Positions 26,821 to 37,500 of a DNA stretch of 64,000 nt are shown one piece after another. Origin of the DNA: Azolla caroliniana (Eukaryota > Plantae > Polypodiophyta); assembly GCA_043228905.1 (NCBI GenBank), contig JBHGNT010000102.1, forward strand, positions 1-64,000, read 5' to 3'. Made by a program: the position numbers and the translations under genes. Positions within the stretch are counted from its first letter, which is position 1, and each line of letters begins with the position of its first letter. Below the pieces are notes generated by a model. The model did no database searches, was not told where the DNA came from, and saw nothing but the letters and a program-made list of their open reading frames with translations.

Positions 26821-29800
26821 GTGAGTAAATTAAAATGTTTATACCAGGCTCGTGTGATAACGGATTTCTGTGTTAAAACATGCGAATCGAAGCTAACAAA
26901 GCTAGCTATGATATGGAATTAAAAAATCAAGATTTTGAAACTCAGGTCGAGAGACATGAAAAAATTAGCAAATTTGAGGAGGGACTTGGGAAGAGCCCGT
27001 GAGTAAATGAAAATGTTCATACCAGGCTCGTGTGATATCGGATTTCTGTGTTCAAACATGCGTATCGAAGCTAACAATGCTAGCTATGTTATGGAATTAA
27101 GAAATCAAGATTTTGAAACTCAGGTCGAGAGACATGAAGAAATTAGCAAATTTGAGGAGGGACTTGAGAAGAGCCCGTGAGTAAATGAAAATGTTCATAC
27201 CATGCTCGTGTGATATCGGATTTCTGTGTTCAAACATGCGTATCGAAGCTAACAATGCTAGCTATGTTATGGAATTAGGAAATCAAGATTTTGAAACTCA
27301 GGTCGAGAGACATGAAGGAATTAGCAAATTTGAGGATGGACTTGAGAAGAGCCCGTGAGTAAATGAAAATGTTCATACCAGGCTCGTGTGATATCGGATT
27401 TTTGTGTTCAAACATGCGTATGGAAGCTAACAATGCTAGCTATAATATGGAATTAAAAAATCAAGATTTTGAAATTCAGGTCGAGAGACATGAAGAAATT
27501 AGCAAATTTGAGGAGGGAGTTGAGAAGAGCCCGTGAGTAAATTAAAATGTTCATACCTGGCTCGTGTGATAACGGATTTCTGTGTTCAAACATGGATATC
27601 GAAGCTAACAATGCTAGCTATGATATGGACTTAAAAAATCAAGATTTTGAAACTCAGGTCGAGAGACATGAAGAAATTAGCAAATTTGAGAAGGGAGTTG
27701 AGAAGAGCCCGTGAGTAAATTAAAATGGTCATACCTGGCTCGTGTTATATCGGATTTTTGTGTTAAAACATGCGAATCGAAGCTAACAAAGCTAGCTATG
27801 ATATGGAATTAAAAAATCAAGATTTTGAAACTCAGGTCGAGAGACATGAAGAAATTAGCAAATTTGAGGAGGGAGTTGAGAAGAGCCTGTGAGTAAATTA
27901 AAATGTTCATACCTCGCTCGTGTGATATCGGATTTTTGTGTTCAAACATGCGTATCGAAGCTAACAATGCTAGCTATGATATGGAATTTAAAAATCAAGA
28001 TTTTGAAATTCAGGTCGAGAGACATGAAGAAATTAGAAAAATTGAGGAGGGAGTTGAGAAGAGCCTCTGAGTAAATTAAAATGTTCATACCTCGCTCGTG
28101 TGATATCGGATTTCTGTGTTCAAACATGGATATCGAAGCTAACAATGCTAGCTATAATATGGACTTAAAAAATCAAGATTTTGAAACTCAGGTCGAGAGA
28201 CATGAAGAAATTAGCAAATTTGAGAAGGGAGTTGAGAAGAGCCCGTGAGTAAATTAAAATGGTCATACCTGGCTCGTGTTATATCGGATTTTTGTGTTCA
28301 AACATGCGTATCGAAGCTAACAATGTTAGCTATGATATAGAATTAAAAAATCAAGATTTTGAAACTCAGGTCGAGAGACATGAAGAAATTAGCAAATTTG
28401 AGGAGGGAGTTGAGAAGAGCCGGTGAGTAAATTAAAATGTTCATACCTCGCTCGTGTGATATCGGATTTTTGTGTTCGAACATGCGTATCGAAGCTAACA
28501 ATGCTAGCTATGATATGGAATTTAAAAATCAAGATTTTGAAATTCAGGTCGAGAGACATGAAGAAATTAGCAAATTTGAGGAGGGAGTTGAGAAGAGCCT
28601 GTGAGTAAATTAAAATGTTCATACCTGGCTCGTGTGATAACGGATTTTTGTGTTCAAACATGCGTATCGAAGCTAACAATGTTAGCTATGATATAGAATT
28701 AAAAAATCAAGATTTTGAAACTCAGGTCGAGAGACATGAAGAAATTAGCAAATTTGAGGAGGGAGTTGAGAAGAGCCTGTGAGTAAATGAAAATGTTCAT
28801 ACCAGGCTCGGGTGATATCGGATTTTTGTGTTCAAACATGGATAACGAAGATAACAATGCTAGCTATGATATGGACTTAAAAAATCAAGATTTTGAAACT
28901 CAGGTCGAGAGACATGAAGAAATTAGCAAATTTGAGGAGGGAGTTGAGAAGAGCCCGTGGGTAAATGAAAATGGTCATACCTGGCTCGTGTGATATCGGA
29001 TTTCTGTGTTGAAACATGCGTATCGAAGCTAACAATGCTAGCTATGATATGGAATTAAAAAAACAAGATTTGGAAACTCAGGTCGAGAGACATGAAGAAA
29101 TTAGCATATTTGAGGAGGGAGTTGAGAAGAGCCCGTGAGTAAATGAAAATGTTCATACCAGGCTCGTGTGATATCGGATTTTTGTGTTCAAACATGCGTA
29201 TCGAAGCTAACAATGCTAGCTATGATATAGAATTAAAAAATCAAGATTTTGAAACTCAGGTCGAGAGACATGAAAAAATTAGCAAATTTGAGGAGGGACT
29301 TGAGAAGAGCCCGTGAGTAAATGAAAATGTTCATACCAGGCTCGTGTGATATCGGATTTCTGTGTTCAAACATGCGTATCGAAGCTAACAATGCTAGCTA
29401 TAATATGGAATTAAAAAATCAAGATTTTGAAAGTCAGGTCGAGAGACATGAAGAAATTAGCAAATTTGAGGAGGGAGTTGAGAAGAGCCTGTGAGTAAAT
29501 TAAAATGTTTATACCAGGCTCGTGTGATAACGGATTTCTGTGTTAAAACATGCGAATCGAAGCTAACAAAGCTAGCTATGATATGGAATTAAAAAATCAA
29601 GATTTTGAAACTCAGGTCGAGAGACATGAAAAAATTAGCAAATTTGAGGAGGGACTTGGGAAGAGCCCGTGAGTAAATGAAAATGTTCATACCAGGCTCG
29701 TGTGATATCGGATTTCTGTGTTCAAACATGCGTATCGAAGCTAACAATGCTAGCTATGTTATGGAATTAAGAAATCAAGATTTTGAAACTCAGGTCGAGA

Positions 29801-32160
29801 GACATGAAGAAATTAGCAAATTTGAGGAGGGACTTGAGAAGAGCCCGTGAGTAAATGAAAATGTTCATACCATGCTCGTGTGATATCGGATTTCTGTGTT
29901 CAAACATGCGTATCGAAGCTAACAATGCTAGCTATGTTATGGAATTAGGAAATCAAGATTTTGAAACTCAGGTCGAGAGACATGAAGGAATTAGCAAATT
30001 TGAGGATGGACTTGAGAAGAGCCCGTGAGTAAATGAAAATGTTCATACCAGGCTCGTGTGATATCGGATTTTTGTGTTCAAACATGCGTATCGAAGCTAA
30101 CAATGCTAGCTATAATATGGAATTAAAAAATCAAGATTTTGAAATTCAGGTCGAGAGACATGAAGAAATTAGCAAATTTGAGGAGGGAGTTGAGAAGAGC
30201 CCGTGAGTAAATTAAAATGTTCATACCTGGCTCGTGTGATAACGGATTTCTGTGTTCAAACATGGATATCGAAGCTAACAATGCTAGCTATGATATGGAC
30301 TTAAAAAATCAAGAGTTTGAAACTCAGGTCGAGAGACATGAAGAAATTAGCAAATTTGAGAAGGGAGTTGAGAAGAGCCCGTGAGTAAATTAAAATGGTC
30401 ATACCTGGCTCGTGTTATATCGGATTTTTGTGTTAAAACATGCGAATCGAAGCTAACAAAGCTAGCTATGATATGGAATTAAAAAATCAAGATTTTGAAA
30501 CTCAGGTCGAGAGACATGAAGAAATTAGCAAATTTGAGGAGGGAGTTGAGAAGAGCCTGTGAGTAAATTAAAATGTTCATACCTCGCTCGTGTGATATCG
30601 GATTTTTGTGTTCAAACATGCGTATCGAAGCTAACAATGCTAGCTATGATATGGAATTTAAAAATCAAGATTTTGAAATTCAGGTCGAGAGACATGAAGA
30701 AATTAGAAAAATTGAGGAGGGAGTTGAGAAGAGCCTCTGAGTAAATTAAAATGTTCATACCTCGCTCGTGTGATATCGGATTTCTGTGTTCAAACATGGA
30801 TATCGAAGCTAACAATGCTAGCTATGATATGGACTTAAAAAATCAAGATTTTGAAACTCAGGTCGAGAGACATGAAGAAATTAGCAAATTTGAGAAGGGA
30901 GTTGAGAAGAGCCCGTGAGTAAATTAAAATGGTCATACCTGGCTCGTGTTATATCGGATTTTTGTGTTCAAACATGCGTATCGAAGCTAACAATGTTAGC
31001 TATGATATAGAATTAAAAAATCAAGATTTTGAAACTCAGGTCGAGAGACATGAAGAAATTAGCAAATTTGAGGAGGGAGTTGAGAAGAGCCTGTGAGTAA
31101 ATTAAAATGTTCATACCTCGCTCGTGTGATATCGGATTTTTGTGTTCGAACATGCGTATCGAAGCTAACAATGCTAGCTATGATATGGAATTTAAAAATC
31201 AAGATTTTGAAATTCAGGTCGAGAGACATGAAGAAATTAGCAAATTTGAGGAGGGAGTTGAGAAGAGCCTGTGAGTAAATTAAAATGTTCATACCTGGCT
31301 CGTGTGATAACGGATTTTTGTGTTCAAACATGCGTATCGAAGCTAACAATGTTAGCTATGATATAGAATTAAAAAATCAAGATTTTGAAACTCAGGTCGA
31401 GAGACATGAAGAAATTAGCAAATTTGAGGAGGGAGTTGAGAAGAGCCTGTGAGTAAATGAAAATGTTCATACCAGGCTCGGGTGATATCGGATTTTTGTG
31501 TTCAAACATGGATAACGAAGATAACAATGCTAGCTATGATATGGACTTAAAAAATCAAGATTTTGAAACTCAGGTCGAGAGACATGAAGAAATTAGCAAA
31601 TTTGAGGAGGGAGTTGAGAAGAGCCCGTGGGTAAATGAAAATGGTCATACCTGGCTCGTGTGATATCGGATTTCTGTGTTGAAACATGCGTATCGAAGCT
31701 AACAATGCTAGCTATGATATGGAATTAAAAAAACAAGATTTGGAAACTCAGGTCGAGAGACATGAAGAAATTAGCATATTTGAGGAGGGAGTTGAGAAGA
31801 GCCCGTGAGTAAATGAAAATGTTCATACCAGGCTCGTGTGATATCGGATTTTTGTGTTCAAACATGCGTATCGAAGCTAACAATGCTAGCTATGATATAG
31901 AATTAAAAAATCAAGATTTTGAAACTCAGGTCGAGAGACATGAAAAAATTAGCAAATTTGAGGAGGGACTTGAGAAGAGCCCGTGAGTAAATGAAAATGT
32001 TCATACCAGGCTCGTGTGATATCGGATTTCTGTGTTCAAACATGCGTATCGAAGCTAACAATGCTAGCTATAATATGGAATTAAAAAATCAAGATTTTGA
32101 AATTCAGGTCGAGAGACATGAAGAAATTAGCAAATTTGAGGAGGGAGTTGAGAAGAGCCC
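26821..32160 (-). repeat. 2670-bp 15-mer tandem duplication (2 copies)
   Basis: Offsets 27889/30559, 28423/31093 and 28787/31457 equal 2670. Private variants GACTTGGG (~26990/29660) and GGATGGA (~27335/30005) are shared. Confidence 0.9.
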
Positions 32161-34558
32161 GTGAGTAAATTAAAATGTTCATACCTGGCTCGTGTGATAA
32201 CAGATTTCTGTGTTCAAACATGGATATCGAAGCTAACAATGCTAGCTATGATATGGACTTAAAAAATCAAGATTTTGAAACTCAGGTCGAGAGACATGAA
32301 GAAATTACCAAATTTGAGAGGGGAGTTGAGAAGAGCCCGTGAGTAAATTAAAATGGTCATACCTGGCTCGTGTTATATCGGATTTTTGTGTTAAAACATG
32401 CGAATCGAAGCTAACAAAGCTAGCTATGATATGGAATTAAAAAATCAAGATTTTGAAACTCAGGTCGATAGACATGAAAAAATTAGCAAATTTGAGGAGG
32501 GACTTGAGAAGAGCCCGTGAGTAAATGAAAATGTTCATACCAGGCTCGTGTGATATCGGATATCTGTGTTCAAACATGCGTATCGAAGCTAACAATGCTA
32601 GCTATGATATAGAATTAAGAAATCAAGATTTTGAAACTCAGGTCGAGAGACATGAACAAATTAGCAAATTTGAGGAGGGACTTGAGAAGAGCCCGTGAGT
32701 AAATGAAAATGTTCATACCAGGCTCGTGTGATATCGGATTTCTTTGTTCAAACATGCGTATCGAAGCTAACAATGCTAGCTATGATATGGAATTAAAAAA
32801 TCAAGATTTTGAAATTCAGGTCGAGAGACATGAAGAAATTAGAAAAATTGAGGAGGGAGTTGAGAAGAGCCTGTGAGTAAATGGAAATGTTCATACCTCG
32901 CTCGTGTGATATCGGATTTTTGTGTTCAAACATGCGTATCGAAGCTAACAATGCTAGCTATGATATGGAATTAAAAAATCAAGATTTTGAAATTCAGGTC
33001 GAGAGACATGAAGAAATTAGCAAATTTGAGGAGGGAGTTGACAAGAGCCTGTGAGTAAATTAAAATGTTCATACCTGGCTCGTGTGATAACGGATTTTTG
33101 TGTTCAAACATGCGTATCGAAGCTAACAATGTTAGCTATGATATAGAATTAAAAAATCAAGATTTTGAAACTCAGGTCGAGAGACATGAAGAAATTAGCA
33201 AATTTGAGGAGGGAGTTGAGAAGAGCCTGTGAGTAAATTAAAATGTTCATACCTCGCTCGTGTGATATCGGATTTTTGTGTTCAAACATGGATAACGAAG
33301 CTAACGATGCTAGCTATGATATGGAATTTAAAAATCAACATTTTGAAATTCAGGTCGAGAGACATGAAGAAATTAGCAAATTTGAGGAGGAAGTTGAGAA
33401 GAGCCTGTGAGTAAATTAAAATGTTCATACCTGGCTCGTGTGATAACGGATTTTTGTGTTCAAACATGCGTATCGAAGCTAACAATGCTAGCTATGATAT
33501 AGAATTAAAAAAACAAGATTTTGAAACTCAGGTCGAGAGACATGAAGAAATTAGCAAATTTGAGGAGGGAGTTGAGAAGAGCCTGTGAGTAAATGAAAAT
33601 GTTCATACCAGGCTCGGGTGATAACGGATATCTGTGTTCAAACATGCGTATCGAAGCTAACAATGCTAGCTATGATATGGACTTAAAAAATCAAGATTTT
33701 GAAACTCAGGTCGAGAGACATGAAGAAATTAGCAAATTTGAGGAGGGAGTTGAGAAGAGCCCGTGGGTAAATGAAAATGGTCATACCTGGCTCGTGTGAT
33801 ATCGGATTTCTGTGTTGAAACATGCGTATCGAAGCTAACAATGCTAGCTATGATATGGAATTAAAAAAACAAGATTTGGAAACTCAGGTCGAGAGACATG
33901 AAGAAATTAGCATATTTGAGGAGGGAGTTGAGAAGAGCCCGTGAGTAAATGAAAATGTTCATACCAGGCTCGTGTGATATCGGATTTTTGTGTTCAAACA
34001 TGCGTATCGAAGCTAACAATGCTAGCTATGATATAGAATTAAAAAATCAAGATTTTGAAACTCAGGTCGAGAGACATGAAAAAATTAGCAAATTTGAGGA
34101 GGGACTTGAGAAGAGCCCGTGAGTAAATGAAAATGTTCATACCAGGCTCGTGTGATATCGGATTTCTGTGTTCAAACATGCGTATCGAAGCTAACAATGC
34201 TAGCTATAATATGGAATTAAAAAATCAAGATTTTGAAATTCAGGTCGAGAGACATGAAGAAATTAGCAAATTTGAGGAGGGAGTTGAGAAGAGCCCGTGA
34301 GTAAATTAAAATGTTCATACCTGGCTCGTGTGATAACGGATTTCTGTGTTCAAACATGGATATCGAAGCTAACAATGCTAGCTATGATATGGACTTAAAA
34401 AATCAAGATTTTGAAACTCAGGTCGAGAGACATGAAGAAATTACCAAATTTGAGAAGGGAGTTGAGAAGAGCCCGTGAGTAAATTAAAATGGTCATACCT
34501 GGCTCGTGTTATAAATCGAAGCTAACAAAGCTAGCTATGATATGGAATTAAAAAATCA

Positions 34559-34591
34559 TAGCTAACAAAGCTAGCTATGATATCGAAGCTA
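34559..34591. other. Templated filler DNA at the right inversion breakpoint
   Basis: TAGCTAACAAAGCTAGCTATGATATCGAAGCTA consists of a copy of 34521-34543 plus short monomer fragments overlapping by microhomology. Confidence 0.85.
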
Positions 34592-37500
34592 CGATATGCA
34601 TGTTTGAACACAAAAATCCGATATCACACGAGCCTGGTATGAACATTTTCATTTACTCACGGGCTCTTCTCAACTCCCTCCTCAAATATGCTAATTTCTT
34701 CATGTCTCTCGACCTGAGTTTCCAAATCTTGTTTTTTTAATTCCATATCATAGCTAGCATTGTTAGCTTCGATACGCATGTTTCAACACAGAAATCCGAT
34801 ATCACACGAGCCAGGTATGACCATTTTCATTTACCCACGGGCTCTTCTCAACTCCCTCCTCAAATTTGCTAATTTCTTCATGTCTCTCGACCTGAGTTTC
34901 AAAATCTTGATTTTTGAAGTCCATATCATAGCTAGCATTGTTATCTTCGTTATCCATGTTTGAACACAAAAATCCGATATCACACGAGCCTGGTATAAAC
35001 ATTTTCATTTACTCACAGGCTCTTCTCAAGTCCCTCCTCAAATTTGCTAATTTCTTCATGTCTCTCGACCTGAGTTTCAAAATCTTGATTTTTTAATTCC
35101 ATATTATAGCTAACATTGTTAGCTTCGATACGCATGTTTGAACACAGAAATCCGTTATCACACGAGCCAGGTATGAACATTTTAATTTACTCACAGGCTC
35201 TTCTCAACTCCCTCCTCAAATTTGCTAATTTCTTCATGTCTCTCGACCTGAATTTCAAAATCTTGATTTTTAAATTCCATATCATAGCTAGCATTGTTAG
35301 CTTCGATACGCATTTTCGAACACAAAAATCCGATATCACACGAGCGAGGTATGAACATTTTAATTTACTCACAGGCTCTTCTCAACTCCCTCCTCAAATT
35401 TGCTAATTTCTTCATGTCTCTCGACCTGAGTTTCAAAATCTTGATTTTTTAATTCTATATCATAGCTAACATTGTTAGCTTCGATACGCATGTTTGAACA
35501 CAAAAATCCGTTATCACACGAGCCAGGTATGAACATTTTAATTTACTCACAGGCTCTTCTCAATTCCCTCCTCAAATTTGCTAATTTCTTCATGTCTCTC
35601 GACCTGAATTTCAAAATCTTGATTTTTAAATTCCATATCATAGCTAGCATTGTTAGCTTCGATACGCATGTTTGAACACAAAAATCCGATATCACACGAG
35701 CGAGGTATGAACATTTTAATTTACTCACAGGCTCTTCTCAACTCCCTCCTCAAATTTGCTAATTTCTTCATGTCTCTCGACCTGAGTTTCAAAATCTTGA
35801 TTTTTTAATTCCATATCATAGCTAGCTTTGTTAGCTTCGATTCGCATGTTTTAACACAAAAATCCGATATAACACGAGCCAGGTATGACCATTTTAATTT
35901 ACTCACGGGCTCTTCTCAACTCCCTCCTCAAATTTGCTAATTTCTTCATGTCTCTCGACCTGAGTTTCAAAATCTTGATTTTTTAATTCCATATCATAGC
36001 TAGCTTTGTTAGCTTCGATTCGCATGTTTTAACACAAAAATCCGATATAACACGAGCCAGGTATGACCATTTTAATTTACTCACGGGCTCTTCTCAACTC
36101 CCTTCTCAAATTTGCTAATTTCTTCATGTCTCTCGACCTGAGTTTCAAAATCTTGATTTTTTAAGTCCATATCATAGCTAGCATTGTTAGCTTCGATATC
36201 CATGTTTGAACACAGAAATCCGTTATCACACGAGCCAGGTATGAACATTTTAATTTACTCACGGGCTCTTCTCAACTCCCTCCTCAAATTTGCTAATTTC
36301 TTCATGTCTCTCGACCTGAGTTTCAAAATCTTGATTTTTTAAGTCCATATCATAGCTAGCATTGTTAGCTTCGATATCCATGTTTGAACACAGAAATCCG
36401 TTATCACACGAGCCAGGTATGAACATTTTAATTTACTCACGGGCTCTTCTCAACTCCCTCCTCAAATTTGCTAATTTCTTCATGTCTCTCGACCTGAATT
36501 TCAAAATCTTGATTTTTTAATTCTATATCATAGCTAGCATTGTTAGCTTCGATACGCATGTTTGAACACAGAAATCCGTTATCACACGAGCCTGGTATAA
36601 ACATTTTAATTTACTCACAGGCTCTTCTCAACTCCCTCCTCAAATATGCTAATTTCTTCATGTCTCTCGACCTGAGTTTCAAAATCTTGTTTTTTTAATT
36701 CCATATCATAGCTAGCATTGTTAGCTTCGATACGCATGTTTCAACACAGAAATCCGATATCACACGAGCCAGGTATGACCATTTTAATTTACCCACGGGC
36801 TCTTCTCAACTCCCTCCTCAAATTTGCTAATTTCTTCATGTCTCTCGACCTGAGTTTCAAAATCTTGATTTTTTAAGTCCATATTATAGCTAGCATTGTT
36901 AGCTTCGTTATCCATGTTTGAACACAAAAATCCGATATCACCCGAGCCTGGTATGAACATTTTAATTTACTCACAGGCTCTTCTCAACTCCCTCCTCAAA
37001 TTTGCTAATTTCTTCATGTCTCTCGACCTGAGTTTCAAAATCTTGATTTTTTAATTCTATATCATAGCTAACATTGTTAGCTTCGATACGCATGTTTGAA
37101 CACAAAAATCCGTTATCACACGAGCCAGGTATGAACATTTTAATTTACTCACAGGCTCTTCTCAACTCCCTCCTCAAATTTGCTAATTTCTTCATGTCTC
37201 TCGACCTGAATTTCAAAATGTTGATTTTTAAATTCCATATCATAGCTAGCATTGTTAGCTTCGATACGCATGTTTGAACACAAAAATCCGATATCACACG
37301 AGCGAGGTATAAACATTTTAATTTACTCACAGGCTCTTCTCAACTCCCTCCTCAAATTTGCTAATTTCTTCATGTCTCTCGACCTGAGTTTCAAAATCTT
37401 GATTTTTTAATTCCATATCATAGCTAGCTTTGTTAGCTTCGATTCGCATGTTTTAACACAAAAATCCGATATAACACGAGCCAGGTATGACCATTTTAAT

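Larger units (their letters stand above)
15575..34558 (-). repeat. Subfamily C satellite in inverted orientation (~19 kb, ~107 monomers)
   Basis: The sequence switches to the reverse complement (AGCAAATTTGAGGAGGGAGTTGAGAAGAG...) at 15575 and back at ~34592. ORF strands flip accordingly. Confidence 0.97.

Noticed and set aside
15541-34620. Transposon, MITE or site-specific invertible element bounded by the inversion junctions
   Set aside because: There are no TIRs distinct from the satellite, no target-site duplication, no recombinase or transposase, and the breakpoints carry deletions and filler.
33770-34830. Foldback (mirror) duplication or chimeric read at the right junction
   Set aside because: 34592 onward mirrors ~33770-34009 for only about 1.5-2 monomers and then diverges. 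That monomer succession is a common C cassette, so the arms are not exact mirrors.
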